From IMG/VR virus record IMGVR_UViG_3300028802_000001, positions 833-64,832 of that record: a stretch of 64,000 nucleotides of DNA, one strand, 5' to 3'. Positions 19,870 to 29,828 of the stretch are shown here, piece by piece. Both the position numbers and the translations under genes were made by a program. The notes under the pieces are model-generated. The model saw nothing but the letters and a program-made list of their open reading frames with translations. It did not search any database and was not told where the DNA came from. Source of the DNA: a virus (Duplodnaviria; Caudoviricetes). Within the stretch, counting starts at the first letter, position 1. The number at the start of each line of letters is the position of its first letter.

Positions 19870-21053
19870 GCGAATCGTGGCGCGTTGCCAAATCACTCGA
19901 CACCATATTGGTGCAGGTCAACGCAAAATGGCCTGACCGCGACAAGTCAAGCGACGGTACGGTTGCCTCAGATCAGCACCATCAGCAGAACCCTAACTCG
20001 GATCATGAGCCTAATCAGGATGGAGTGGTGTGTGCCCGCGACATCACGCACGATCCGCCCTATTTTGATTCCTACGCCTTTGCCGACATGCTGCTGCGGA
20101 ACAAGGACGAGCGCATCAAATATGTCATCAGCAACAGCCGCATAGCATCAGGAACGGGGCAAGATCATCCAGCGTGGGTTTGGCGACCGTACACCGGCTC
20201 GAATCCGCACGATCATCACGTCCATATCTCGGTCAAGGCTGATGCGGCGCACTATGACGATCCCCGGCCGTGGGACATCGAGGGCGGTGACAGCGTTTCC
20301 AAGCCCGGCGACCACCCGCCGCCTTTATCGATCTACCCCCCGACCTTGAAGCTCGGCAGCAATGGCGACGACGTTCGCCGGGTACAGCAGTTGTTGATGG
20401 TTGACGGCATCTTTGGTGACCTAACGCGGATTGCCGTCACTGACTTCCAGCACGATAAGGGGCTTACGGCTGACGGGATTGTGGGTCCTGAGACGTGGCA
20501 GGCCCTGCTCAAAATCGCCCCGTTGCCGACGCCCGTGGTCCGGCCGTCCCTGTATCTGACTGGCAAGTGTAGCTGGTTCGGGGGCCCGCTCGATACTGGC
20601 GTGACGCCCAGCGAGGGGCTAGCATTTATCGATGCCGTGGATGATCAACCGACCATCTTTTTGCCAGAGCAGCCTCCTGGCACGACCGGACTGGCGCGGC
20701 GACTAGACACGGCGAAACTCTTCATTGCCTGCCGCTGGTCCTACGATAAGCCGTATCAATCCAAGATCGACCTACTAAAGCACAAGGCGAGGGTTCGCGC
20801 GTTAAAGACTGGGTTGGAACTCGAAGCATGGCCTGCCGATTGGGGGCCAAACGAGGCCACAGGACGCATCGCCGACCTCAGTCACGGCCTCATGACCTCG
20901 CTCGGAATAACCACTGACGATGAGGTGGAGGTTGTGTATCCGTCAGATATCCCGTCTATAGTGGCGAAGCCTGTACCGCCTGTTCCCGCTCCCGCCCCGG
21001 CAGACTGGCGAGATTTTGATATCTGGGGCTGGATTAAATCGTTCTTCAAATAG
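19866..21053 (+). CDS. Modular endolysin: M15-like Zn peptidase, PG-binding domain and RlpA/DPBB-like domain
   Basis: SDH...ARDI...HDHHVHIS; LKLGS.G.DV..VQ...DG.FG...FQ...GL.ADGIVG..TW; DWGP...GRIADLS. Confidence 0.8.
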   Translation: MSESWRVAKSLDTILVQVNAKWPDRDKSSDGTVASDQHHQQNPNSDHEPNQDGVVCARDITHDPPYFDSYAFADMLLRNKDERIKYVISNSRIASGTGQDHPAWVWRPYTGSNPHDHHVHISVKADAAHYDDPRPWDIEGGDSVSKPGDHPPPLSIYPPTLKLGSNGDDVRRVQQLLMVDGIFGDLTRIAVTDFQHDKGLTADGIVGPETWQALLKIAPLPTPVVRPSLYLTGKCSWFGGPLDTGVTPSEGLAFIDAVDDQPTIFLPEQPPGTTGLARRLDTAKLFIACRWSYDKPYQSKIDLLKHKARVRALKTGLELEAWPADWGPNEATGRIADLSHGLMTSLGITTDDEVEVVYPSDIPSIVAKPVPPVPAPAPADWRDFDIWGWIKSFFK

Positions 21054-21056
21054 GAG

Positions 21057-21602
21057 ATGCCCATGAACCCTTTGTCACTTCTCATCCCGCTTCTGACCCA
21101 CATGGATCAAATTATGAGCCTGTTGCCGTTTGTTCAGCGGGTCATCGCGCGTGGCTTCACCGTCAACTCGATTGCGGAGGACCTCAAGGATCTGGGCAGT
21201 ACGCACCTTCTCGATTGGCTTGCGCACAACGGGGCGGCATTTTTCCCTGACGTTAAGCCAGACCTGCAAGTCGCGGCCGGCGCCGTGCTCGTTGCTCCTG
21301 ACTACGTGATGAAAATCCAGCAACTGCTGAATAAGGTTATGTCACCATCTCCCAACTTGGACATTGACGGGCGTCTCGGCCCGAAGACAAGGGCCGCAGT
21401 CATCGCGTATCAGACCGCGAAGGGTTTGACCGTTGATGCGTTTCCCGGCGACGCCACGCGGGCTGCGCTTGAAGCCGATTCGGTGAAGACCACTCCGACT
21501 GCACTGGGCGGCTCGGGTGAGGCGGCAAACACCGTCGAGGTCCCCAAGGTGGCGGATGCCCCGACCCCAGCAGCAGTTCCTAAGGCCCCGGCAGCAGCCT
21601 GA
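21057..21602 (+). CDS. Peptidoglycan-binding domain protein
   Basis: IQQLLN...LDIDG.LGPKTRAAV..YQ..KGL.VD..PG..T. Confidence 0.75.
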   Translation: MPMNPLSLLIPLLTHMDQIMSLLPFVQRVIARGFTVNSIAEDLKDLGSTHLLDWLAHNGAAFFPDVKPDLQVAAGAVLVAPDYVMKIQQLLNKVMSPSPNLDIDGRLGPKTRAAVIAYQTAKGLTVDAFPGDATRAALEADSVKTTPTALGGSGEAANTVEVPKVADAPTPAAVPKAPAAA

Positions 21603-21605
21603 CTC

Positions 21606-21950
21606 ATGACCGAGCAACACTATCATCACCACTTTTATCACCATCACGATCCCGGCCTGCACGAGGTCAAGGCAGAGATTGCAAAACTTCGCGACCTCAT
21701 CATCCGAAACCAGGAGGCCCTAATGGCCACTCTTGATGAAGTTCTTGCTGAAGTCACCGACGAAAGCGGTCGTCTTGATAGCATCCAATCTCTGATTGAC
21801 GGCATCAAGCAACAGCTTGCTGACGCTCTCTCCGGGACAGCGTTGCCGCCGGCTGTGCAGCAAAAGGTTGATGAGGTGTTTGCTGGGTTGACGGCAAACA
21901 AAGCAAAAATCGACACCGCGCTCAATGCGGGAACGCCGCCTCCAGCCTAA
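21606..21950 (+). CDS. Coiled-coil protein with His-rich N-terminus (lysis region)
   Basis: ORF continuity; heptad pattern. Confidence 0.55.
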   Translation: MTEQHYHHHFYHHHDPGLHEVKAEIAKLRDLIIRNQEALMATLDEVLAEVTDESGRLDSIQSLIDGIKQQLADALSGTALPPAVQQKVDEVFAGLTANKAKIDTALNAGTPPPA

Positions 21951-22036
21951 CCGTTGACCTCCAACATACCGGGCCGTGGGCGACTGCGGCTCGGTTTGGG
22001 ACTGTTTTGGGACGGCTCTGAGCAAAGGAGGCTACC

Positions 22037-22255
22037 ATGATCGCTCTCGCAATCAGTATCCTGTGGCTTCTAATCGGCATCATTGTCTTACTTGGAGTAT
22101 TGTGGCTGACATTTTACGCGCTTGCTGTTTTTGGATTGGTCGTCCCGGAAAACATCAAAAACGGCATTTATGTCATTGCTCTCATTCTGATTATCATTGC
22201 TGCGCTGTCTCTGATTGCAGGCGGAGGCGGTCTTCATATGCCTTCCCTTCGATGA
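22037..22255 (+). CDS. Two-TM membrane protein, holin-like
   Basis: GGAGG RBS; almost entirely hydrophobic. Confidence 0.6.
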   Translation: MIALAISILWLLIGIIVLLGVLWLTFYALAVFGLVVPENIKNGIYVIALILIIIAALSLIAGGGGLHMPSLR

Positions 22256-22287
22256 TGCCGATCTTCGATGGGCGATGGTAATGGTCA

Positions 22288-22599
22288 ATGCCGATACGTG
22301 ACAGAGGTGGATCAGACGGCGACGAAACGCCTCTTGGAAAAATCGAGGGCAGACTCGTTCTGATTGAAGATGTCATATCCGCACAAGCTCGCTCCATGCG
22401 CGACCTTAATGGTACGATTGAGGAATTTCGTAGTGCAATCACAATCATTCAGACCATCCAGGACGATTTCCGGACGCAAAGAGCAACTCGTGAGGCATGG
22501 GCGGCGATAATGAAAACGGTTCAGTGGTTCGTGGTGATCGTAGCATCCATGGTGGGGGCAATAGCGGCTTATATTGGAATGCATGCCGGCAAGTCGTGA
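22288..22599 (+). CDS. Coiled-coil protein with C-terminal TM (lysis cassette)
   Basis: Coiled coil followed by VQWFVVIVASMVGAIAAYIG. Confidence 0.55.
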   Translation: MPIRDRGGSDGDETPLGKIEGRLVLIEDVISAQARSMRDLNGTIEEFRSAITIIQTIQDDFRTQRATREAWAAIMKTVQWFVVIVASMVGAIAAYIGMHAGKS

Positions 22600-22611
22600 G
22601 AGGCTGACACC

Positions 22612-23124
22612 ATGCAATGGATCTTTCAACTTGTTTCGACCTTCCTGATGGTGTCTGGCACCGTTGCGCTTACTGTCCCGATGGTCCTGTGGGCGCTGGA
22701 TCGAAATGGCCCCTATGACCGATTGTTTGGAGTGATCGTTTCAGGGCACCAGATGGAGTGTGGACCGGACGCCAACTATTACGATGAGGTGCGCCCCAAC
22801 GGGTGCGTAGTTGTCGAGTGGACCATCGAGCTTCACGACAACTACAAAAACTGTTCTCCTATCAATTCATTGCATGTCAGCCGGACCATTATGGGCGCCG
22901 ACGGCGTGACCCACGATCTCCCACGGACTGAGCGATATTTTGGTCCAGACCGGCAACCGTTCAGCGAAAAACTGCGCCGCCCATTTGTTCTGCCGGCCTT
23001 CAGCGTTCCGGGACCTGCCACATATCACTCAGAAGCGTGCTTTGTCTGTAACCCCCTGCAAAAGTTTGCGAACTGGCCGGTGTGCAAGACGACGCCTGAT
23101 GTCACATATGAGGTGGCCAATTGA
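22612..23124 (+). CDS. N-terminally anchored periplasmic Cys-containing protein (antiholin/spanin-like)
   Basis: N-terminal TM; six Cys; Y.S...F.CNPLQ motif. Confidence 0.5.
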   Translation: MQWIFQLVSTFLMVSGTVALTVPMVLWALDRNGPYDRLFGVIVSGHQMECGPDANYYDEVRPNGCVVVEWTIELHDNYKNCSPINSLHVSRTIMGADGVTHDLPRTERYFGPDRQPFSEKLRRPFVLPAFSVPGPATYHSEACFVCNPLQKFANWPVCKTTPDVTYEVAN

Positions 23125-23390
23125 ACGCCAGCGAGGAGGCAGGCAAGGCCGTCAGGGGCTTTGTGGATACGCTCAAAGAGCAGCCCCTATCGCTGGCGTT
23201 GGTCGTGATGAACATTGCGCTGCTGATGCTGGTGGCTTGGAATTCCCGAGATCTAACTGCAACAAGATTGGAAACTGCTAAACTGATCATTGAGAAGTTC
23301 AAGGAAACTGATCAACTCCTAGCGAAATGCACGGACGTGGAGGGGGTTAGAAGGCTTTTGCAGACGGCTCCGCCAGTGGATTTACGATAG
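23121..23390 (+). CDS. Small membrane protein
   Basis: QPLSLALVVMNIALLMLVAW TM segment. Confidence 0.5.
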   Translation: MNASEEAGKAVRGFVDTLKEQPLSLALVVMNIALLMLVAWNSRDLTATRLETAKLIIEKFKETDQLLAKCTDVEGVRRLLQTAPPVDLR

Positions 23391-23391
23391 C

Positions 23392-23760
23392 ATGCCTCCT
23401 CGTCGTCCCCCTCCCCCGCCAACTGGATGGTGGTCTCAATTGTCCATGACAGCCAAATTTGCCACAGCGGTTGGCGCGATTGCCGCCGCAGTCGTATCAA
23501 CCGGTGCGGCGTGGGCGTTCCTCGACCTCCCGGTGGTCTCTACCAAGGCGTGGACCATGGCGCAGGTTGAGCGTCTGGAGCGGAATCTCAAGCAACAGGG
23601 CCAGATCCTCTATGATATCCGGCGTGGGCAACTTGAGAGAAATGTCATCGACCTTGAGCAAAAATCCAAACGGAACTCCGACGAGGAATTCCGGCTGCGT
23701 GCGCTGAAGGAAGACATGCGGCGGCTTGACACGCAGATCGACCAAATGGGGAAAAAATAG
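23392..23760 (+). CDS. Membrane-anchored coiled-coil protein (i-spanin-like)
   Basis: TM followed by a long coiled coil; last gene of the late operon. Confidence 0.45.
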   Translation: MPPRRPPPPPTGWWSQLSMTAKFATAVGAIAAAVVSTGAAWAFLDLPVVSTKAWTMAQVERLERNLKQQGQILYDIRRGQLERNVIDLEQKSKRNSDEEFRLRALKEDMRRLDTQIDQMGKK

Positions 23761-23766
23761 CCGTCG

Positions 23767-24000
23767 CTACGTCTCTGACGCGGCGCGAAAGGCTTCAACG
23801 AAAGCACTCACTTTCAACCCATCAAGACTCAGCCTCTCCGCGCTGGCATCAGGAGGGATGGCTTTGTTGGGAGCGCAGTGTGGGGCCCATTTCTGGCCAA
23901 GTTCAGCAAATGGTTTGAGCGCCGCCCGCAGACGCTCGATCTCGGCCTCCAGTCTATCAATGCTGTTCAAGTATCCTAACTCGACGCCGATCCTAGTCAT
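23767..24000 (-). CDS. Hypothetical protein
   Basis: EIERLRAALKPFA motif common in small phage ORFs. Confidence 0.5.
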   Translation of the reverse strand: MTRIGVELGYLNSIDRLEAEIERLRAALKPFAELGQKWAPHCAPNKAIPPDASAERLSLDGLKVSAFVEAFRAASET

Positions 24001-24085
24001 GATCTTTCACCTTGCTATTGCGGAGGATAGCGCGCCTAGTGGGATTTCGTCTCACATGAGACGGTCCTCCCGATACCAGACTTGG

Positions 24086-24111
24086 GCCGCCCGCCAATGG
24101 GCGGCTTTTTT
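24086..24111 (+). terminator. Rho-independent terminator ending late transcription
   Basis: GCCGCCC-gccaat-GGGCGGC-TTTTTT. Confidence 0.8.
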
Positions 24112-24509
24112 CATGCCTTCCTCCTGTTTGCGATCTTGCGAGACGGCCACTTCCTTTTTGCCGTCAATTTATCGGTCGAAGATCGGAAGTGCGGCCCCTC
24201 AGACTTGGCCAGTAGTCGGTGGGCGAATTCCTCATTGGCTCGCGTGATCCTCTTGCCCTTGGCAATCGCCGGTACGTCGATCTTGGCGGTTTTCTCTCGA
24301 TGCGCTGCCACAAGTTTAGGGTCCAAGTTCCACCATGAGGCGGGGCCATCGTGGGCATGGAATACAATATGGTCGAAATGAAACAGTGCCAGCACGGCCT
24401 TGGCCTTCACCTTCCTCCGTCTCAGATCGTCCCGTTGCTCCTGTGGTAGCAGGCAGGCCAGCGTGGCTGCTAGGCGCTCGGGGAGGGGGACGTAGGGGCG
24501 TTTGGTCAT
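24111..24509 (-). CDS. HNH endonuclease-like protein
   Basis: FDHIV....G....NL......H..KT...D...IAK.KR. Confidence 0.65.
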   Translation of the reverse strand: MTKRPYVPLPERLAATLACLLPQEQRDDLRRRKVKAKAVLALFHFDHIVFHAHDGPASWWNLDPKLVAAHREKTAKIDVPAIAKGKRITRANEEFAHRLLAKSEGPHFRSSTDKLTAKRKWPSRKIANRRKA

Positions 24510-24787
24510 ATCAACGCCCTCCAAGCGAGTTGCATGGAAACCGCAAACAAGACGACCGCGGTGGCCCAAAGAACGGCCTCCAATATCCTCACGAACGTGC
24601 TTCCTACGGTTTGCGGGTTTGTTTTTCGTGTATCTCCCAGAACATAGCTGCCTCCACTAACGTGAGGAGGTCCGCATTTAGCTGAGCGGGCAGATAGTGG
24701 GAGTCGATTGCCATCATGGCGCGCTTGGCGGCGGCCCCGATTGCGCTCGGGATTTCAAGTTCGATGGTGTCGGGCATGGGTCAGCCT

Positions 24788-25192
24788 TCATTCAGCCAGT
24801 GCGACGTCCCAGTTTGGTTCGCCAGTTGTCAGGTAGCTCCGCAGGGCGATGGCGGCCTGGGAGCGCGTTGCTAAAGACCCACACTCGCCGGGGTAAAATA
24901 GTTTTCTCAGTTCTTTGGGGTGACTCCCTTGCACGTAATGAATCGGATTGCGGCCCATTAGGATCGCGGCCCAGCCTCCGATGCACGCGACCGTTCCACA
25001 CTCACTTTCGGAATATATGACGTTCATGTGGAAAGTTTTGGGGCCAGTCAGTACGACCGTATCCAAGAAATGCAGATAATTCCCGTAGGTAAGTTCCTCC
25101 CGTTCTAGCATCCCGAGCACCTTTACCAGCGCGTTATGCTCAACGTCAGTAATCTGGAGATCGGCGGGTGTCCTGAAGTAGTTAGCAAGCAT
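24788..25192 (-). CDS. Hypothetical protein (FHM...CGTVACIGGWA family)
   Basis: Recurrent phage motif; operon context. Confidence 0.55.
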   Translation of the reverse strand: MLANYFRTPADLQITDVEHNALVKVLGMLEREELTYGNYLHFLDTVVLTGPKTFHMNVIYSESECGTVACIGGWAAILMGRNPIHYVQGSHPKELRKLFYPGECGSLATRSQAAIALRSYLTTGEPNWDVALAE

Positions 25193-25406
25193 TGGTCTCT
25201 CCTTCATTCCAATGCGCACTTGTCACGGCGATTGCCGCAGCTTTTGCAGTTTCTTTATTTTCGTACCAAATGATCACACCATATTTCGGCGGCGCCTTCC
25301 CTTGGGCGAGCGTCGGTGGATCAATCAGTGGTGGATAAAAGTTGTCGATTTCACCAGCGATAAAACACTCGCAATCCGAAATTGGCAGTGTGACGGTTTT
25401 GCTCAC
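25182..25406 (-). CDS. Hypothetical protein
   Basis: Coupled ORF in leftward operon. Confidence 0.45.
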   Translation of the reverse strand: MSKTVTLPISDCECFIAGEIDNFYPPLIDPPTLAQGKAPPKYGVIIWYENKETAKAAAIAVTSAHWNEGETNAC

Positions 25407-25606
25407 AATGTATTTCCTTCCGGTTTTGTCACCTGTCTCTCGGGAACGGATAGTTCGGCCGAAAACTCACCGAGCAAATCATGCCGCGTTAGCACTACCA
25501 GCGCGGCGTCCAGCAGCATGGTCTGACTGGTGAGGCGTGTCATGGCCTGCGCCATATCGTGCATGGAGGTTTCGATGTTTTGCAAAACTATCTCCGAGTG
25601 GTTCAT
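25403..25606 (-). CDS. Hypothetical protein
   Basis: Coupled ORF with RBS. Confidence 0.45.
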   Translation of the reverse strand: MNHSEIVLQNIETSMHDMAQAMTRLTSQTMLLDAALVVLTRHDLLGEFSAELSVPERQVTKPEGNTL

Positions 25607-25618
25607 TAGCGCCCTTCC

Positions 25619-25921
25619 TCACATTGACAAGATGGTTGCGATGCGAGCAGCAGCCGCGCGGTTCAAAGCCGCCTCGCGATAGAGTTGCTCGCCTTTTTCC
25701 ATGTAACCGTGCGCCATCTCCTCAAGTTCTTCTGCTATTTTCAGAAGCCTTTGTACGTCTTCCTCGGTTGTCATCTTCTCATTCACTGTAGTTCTCCTAT
25801 TAGCGCCGTCGCCGCCCACCCTTCTCGGCGACGGCATTGCGAGCGGGGAGGCCGTCACCGCTCGCTCGGGAGTGGACACCGCGGTGACATCCGCGGCGGT
25901 GGGCCCCGATGGGAATTTCAT
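25619..25921 (-). CDS. Hypothetical protein
   Basis: ATGA overlap with upstream gene; the true start may be internal. Confidence 0.4.
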   Translation of the reverse strand: MKFPSGPTAADVTAVSTPERAVTASPLAMPSPRRVGGDGANRRTTVNEKMTTEEDVQRLLKIAEELEEMAHGYMEKGEQLYREAALNRAAAARIATILSM

Positions 25922-26136
25922 GGTGTCTCCGGTGGTTCTGGGAGGGGCATCCAGTGGGTCGGCTTCACGTCGTATGGTCTCAAGGAACGGCCATCCCAAA
26001 TCCAACCGTCGCGAATCCAATAGCCTGTTTCCATTTTCCAATTTGTGATAGTCCCGTTATCGGAAATGTCCGTTGGTCCCCATAGCAGTACAACTTTTCC
26101 TTTCGGTGCCGTGTCGATAGATTGCCACTGGCTCAT
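25918..26136 (-). CDS. DUF551-like protein
   Basis: WQSIDTAPKG..VLL...PTHWMPLPEPP. Confidence 0.8.
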   Translation of the reverse strand: MSQWQSIDTAPKGKVVLLWGPTDISDNGTITNWKMETGYWIRDGWIWDGRSLRPYDVKPTHWMPLPEPPETP

Positions 26137-26432
26137 CGTTCCTCCACGTCCACTTTGCTGAATCGTGCTAGCGCAGCCTGGATAACCGGCCACCGCGCGA
26201 TGGTTTCTTGCCCTAACGCAGACAGCCGCTCTCCCAGGTTCCCAGCCCTCTGAGCCTTGGATAATTGCACTGCATCGATACGCCGGCCGAGTTCCGTCTC
26301 AGCCACCGATGGGGCACCGTCGAGGCGGGCGCGGAGGTCCTTGGCGATGGCCTTGAGCACTTTGTAATGCATCGGCTCCGCCTCGATCAGGTGCTCGATG
26401 GCCTCGATCTTCTCTCGGAGGGTGATTGTCAT
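26133..26432 (-). CDS. Hypothetical protein
   Basis: MTITLREKIEAIE; ATGA overlaps. Confidence 0.5.
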   Translation of the reverse strand: MTITLREKIEAIEHLIEAEPMHYKVLKAIAKDLRARLDGAPSVAETELGRRIDAVQLSKAQRAGNLGERLSALGQETIARWPVIQAALARFSKVDVEER

Positions 26433-26968
26433 GGCCTGCGCAGCCCCGTGGGCTCGGTTTCGTGGGTGGGGTTCTGTGATGTAGCCTTGGGACGCTTGGA
26501 CGCGCCAGTGGCCTTCCTGGGCTTGGTAGCAGGCATGTCGGCCCCAACCATGGCTTCCAGTTCTGCCCGGAGGGGGCCTTCCTGCAAGCCGGGGATGATC
26601 TCGTTGCAGACGACCCACACCATGCGGTTGAAAATCCTGTTGAATGCATCCTGAGACAGGGACGCAAAGGCAATGGATTTCGGGATGATCGCCACCTGTT
26701 TGGTGCGTGGGTTCTGGATCATTCGAACGTGGCGAGCTTTGATCTTAAGCCAAGACATGCTGTCCTCGCGGTCGTGCAGGAAATCGACAGCCTCGCTGAC
26801 CATTTGCGCCAATGCCCATGCGAGCCGGAACTGACGCAGATTGCGCGGCGTCTTGACCGTGACGAGCACGTCCTGCGTGGTCGGGATTTGGCGGACAGCC
26901 TCGGCCGACACCTCATCGAGGGGGACAAGGTGGCTGCCGTCCCGGCGCATGGCTATTTCTGTGGTCAC
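26429..26968 (-). CDS. DUF1367/NinB-like recombination accessory protein
   Basis: PRNLRQFRL.WAL...PKSIAFASLSQDAF. Confidence 0.7.
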   Translation of the reverse strand: MTTEIAMRRDGSHLVPLDEVSAEAVRQIPTTQDVLVTVKTPRNLRQFRLAWALAQMVSEAVDFLHDREDSMSWLKIKARHVRMIQNPRTKQVAIIPKSIAFASLSQDAFNRIFNRMVWVVCNEIIPGLQEGPLRAELEAMVGADMPATKPRKATGASKRPKATSQNPTHETEPTGLRRP

Positions 26969-27996
26969 GACGCAAGCCTCTGTTCTGTGCGGTCCCATTC
27001 CTTGATCAGGTCAGCAAGGTCAGGGGGGAAAAATTCGCTCTCTCGTGGTGCCACCAATCTGGCCCAGAAGGTTTTGGCATTCTCAATCGAGTCGAAAGTT
27101 GCGAGTTTGCTCACAACCCATTTATACGCCGCATCAGGGTCCTCGACCGGCGATGGCATGATGTCGGGCTTAGGTGCCTTAGCATCCACAATCTCCCCGT
27201 CCGCCGTCACGACCTCGGCCTTGGGGGTCAGTTCCTCGCGCCGAGCCTTCATTGCCGCCATGACCGCCTTGAGCCGCGCGGGGTCTTTCGAGGCCAGCAG
27301 TTTCAGGTTGTCACGGTTCACCACGTCCCACTGGACGACCTCGTCGGCGGTCTTCGCTGCGGCGATGTAGTCCAACATCTTGATGCACCACTGTGCGGTC
27401 GTTCCAGCCTTGAAGGCATAGGGGGCGGCTTGGACGGGTTCAGATGGAGGCGACGGCACGCGGGACTTCGGCGGTGATGGCACGTTGGACTTGGCCGGCG
27501 GAGGTGGCGGCGATACCGATCCCGCGCTATCCTCAATCTCGGTTTCGTCCAGAAGTCCAAGGCCGCAGATCGACAGCGTGGCACGGCGTTTTGCCTTCGT
27601 CTCGGTCTTCATGATGGCATTGGCGAGGTGCTCGCCCTTGAGGTTGGCGATATTGACAGCACCCTTGGCAATGTCCGTGCGCCCGTCTCCGTTCTGTACC
27701 TTGGCCGTCACGATGAACACGCCGTCGCGCTCGCTCTCGGTAAGGTCAGTCACCGAGATGTTGTGGATCGAGCGCAACTGGTCCGTAGCATCTTTACGGG
27801 CGTACAGGACGAGCCGACCGCTCAATGTGATGTATTCGAGGGGGCGCGTTAGCGGATTGAGGCCGACTGATTCGCAAACCAGCAAATAGTAGGAATTGCG
27901 CTCATCAGCGGTCAATTTGGCAAGGTCACCCTTGACCAAGATAGTTTCAATGATCTCGCCACGGGTCTGCGTTTTTGCTAGTGATTGCACGGTCAT
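26965..27996 (-). CDS. Single-strand annealing recombinase (RecT/Red-beta-like)
   Basis: GLNPLT, LYARKD, NAIMKTETKAKRRATLSICGLG..DE.E. Confidence 0.75.
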   Translation of the reverse strand: MTVQSLAKTQTRGEIIETILVKGDLAKLTADERNSYYLLVCESVGLNPLTRPLEYITLSGRLVLYARKDATDQLRSIHNISVTDLTESERDGVFIVTAKVQNGDGRTDIAKGAVNIANLKGEHLANAIMKTETKAKRRATLSICGLGLLDETEIEDSAGSVSPPPPPAKSNVPSPPKSRVPSPPSEPVQAAPYAFKAGTTAQWCIKMLDYIAAAKTADEVVQWDVVNRDNLKLLASKDPARLKAVMAAMKARREELTPKAEVVTADGEIVDAKAPKPDIMPSPVEDPDAAYKWVVSKLATFDSIENAKTFWARLVAPRESEFFPPDLADLIKEWDRTEQRLAS

Positions 27997-28952
27997 CGGA
28001 CATCAGCCCTTTCTTCAATGGTTACGCCCGGCACAGGAAATCCTGCCTTGACGGCTCTCTGCGCCATAGTGATCAGAACGGTTCGCACTTCCTCTGTTGA
28101 GGCAAAGTATTGGTAGAGCGCCATTTCGTCCGTGATGCCGGTGACAACCTTGATGGTCCCGACGTGGGCCGCCTTACCGCTGGCGCCCCTGATCTTGGTG
28201 GGGGATGGCGGTGGTAAAGGTGGAACTGCTGGGCGGTAGGTTTGGCCTTCGGCTGCCTCTGCGGCGGCACGGTTCGCCTCATCGACCTTTCGTTGCGCCT
28301 CGCGGTGTGCCTGAAGTTTCGACGTTTCCCACTTGGCCATCGCGGCGCGGATTGTGTCCGCAACGGCCCGCGCTCCCTTCACGAGGGGTTGCCATCTGGC
28401 ATCCGCGGCCTTCGCAGCCTCGAAATGTGGGCGCTTCTCGGCCTCCCGACGCCCGTCTGCCTCATTGGAAAGCTCGATCAGCCGCGAACGCAGCGTCTGC
28501 GCCCGTGTCAGTGTGGCATCGTCCGTGATTTCGGCATAGGCTTCCGCACCGGCCTTGGCGCTCTCGATCTGCTCGCGGATCAGTTCCAGGTCGCTGACCG
28601 TACCGCTGTTGTCACCGATGCCTCGGCCGTTCGTTTGGGTATGGACCGTGTCGTCAATGTCGGACCACGAGCCGCCAGCCTCGACACGGCGGAATTCGTC
28701 ATGGGAGATTGGATGCTGAACGGCTGACAACCACGCATCTGCGGCCTGATTGGGATTGACCTCACGTCCATCCACGACACCACACAGTTGGCCGTCATCG
28801 CGCCAGAATGCCGCCGCAACGTAGTGCGTCTTGCCCGTCGCCTTGTCCTTGCGGCGGATGCGGTAGTAGCCGCTCTCTACGTTGTCGACACCCTCATGTA
28901 TTGGGAGCTTCTGGCCGGCCAACCGCTTGGACCAGTTGTTCCATTGGTTCAT
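27993..28952 (-). CDS. Gam/Gp157-like coiled-coil recombination-associated protein
   Basis: R..EK.P......DA.W; C-terminal VPGV.IEE; upstream of the recombinase. Confidence 0.55.
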   Translation of the reverse strand: MNQWNNWSKRLAGQKLPIHEGVDNVESGYYRIRRKDKATGKTHYVAAAFWRDDGQLCGVVDGREVNPNQAADAWLSAVQHPISHDEFRRVEAGGSWSDIDDTVHTQTNGRGIGDNSGTVSDLELIREQIESAKAGAEAYAEITDDATLTRAQTLRSRLIELSNEADGRREAEKRPHFEAAKAADARWQPLVKGARAVADTIRAAMAKWETSKLQAHREAQRKVDEANRAAAEAAEGQTYRPAVPPLPPPSPTKIRGASGKAAHVGTIKVVTGITDEMALYQYFASTEEVRTVLITMAQRAVKAGFPVPGVTIEERADVR

Positions 28953-29134
28953 TAGCGTATCTCCCAGTGGCCGCGCTCGATGATTTCCTCAGGGGTTTCG
29001 CTGACAATGTATTTGTCAGAATCTGTAACAACGAGAGTAAGCAGGTTATCGTGGTCGATGTGGATGGCCGACACGCGATCCATATTGATAAAGAAATCGC
29101 GTCCATAATTGCCTGTAAGTTTCATCCACTTCAT
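28952..29134 (-). CDS. Small FlbD-like hypothetical protein
   Basis: MKLT...FIN.D.V...VSETPEEI. Confidence 0.5.
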   Translation of the reverse strand: MKWMKLTGNYGRDFFINMDRVSAIHIDHDNLLTLVVTDSDKYIVSETPEEIIERGHWEIR

Positions 29135-29343
29135 GCCACCCTCCCCGATGTCTTGAGATGCTCCTGCCACTCCGCCTCCTCTTGCAGGAGGCGATTCAGG
29201 TCCTCGATGGCCTCGGCCTCGGTCTTGCCGTAGCCAATCATGTTGCGGTTGGCTGAATCCTCGACTCCGTCATAGGTTTCGTCATCAACCGCAGACCAAG
29301 CAAATTCGCCATAGTGTCCGTTGTGGTGGGCGATGATTTTCAT
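29131..29343 (-). CDS. Hypothetical protein
   Basis: WSAVD..TYDG...GYGKTE.EAI.DL motif. Confidence 0.55.
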   Translation of the reverse strand: MKIIAHHNGHYGEFAWSAVDDETYDGVEDSANRNMIGYGKTEAEAIEDLNRLLQEEAEWQEHLKTSGRVA

Positions 29344-29525
29344 TTCAGTCTCCTTCGCCGTTCCACCAATCCTCATGATTGGCACGGGCATCCATCTGGT
29401 CCCGGTCGAGCGGGTCGCCCTGGTCGCCGACGACAAACCCAAGGGCACGTAGTCGGGCGTACAGCACGTCATCCGGGATTGCGGACATGGCCTCGCCCAA
29501 TTCCGCGAGCGTTGGGATTTTCATC

Positions 29526-29729
29526 TCACCCTCCTGCCGTAAGTTTGTATAGCCGATGGAGTTTCATGCTGGAGCGCGCCATGCTCACTAGGAAAGCCAC
29601 GCGCGGGCGCTCCCAATCGTAGGCGGTGCCATTCAGAACGCGCGCCTTGATCTCGCGGGCCTCGGCCAAATGCTGCCAAGCCTTGCGGCGGTGCTTGTTC
29701 GCTCGGTAGGTGTCGGCGTTAAACGGCAT
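29526..29729 (-). CDS. Hypothetical protein
   Basis: RBS GGAGG; operon context. Confidence 0.45.
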   Translation of the reverse strand: MPFNADTYRANKHRRKAWQHLAEAREIKARVLNGTAYDWERPRVAFLVSMARSSMKLHRLYKLTAGG

Positions 29730-29828
29730 TTCACCCTCCCGCCATCACGAGAACAGCCACGCAGACCATCGCGATTGCCGCGCATACGAATTGTGCTGCG
29801 ATCCAGTAGAGTTCTGTGCGGTCGTTGG

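Noticed and set aside
21968-22020. GNRA-capped hairpin in the lysis region as an ncRNA
   Set aside because: Short and consistent with a weak terminator or mRNA stability hairpin.
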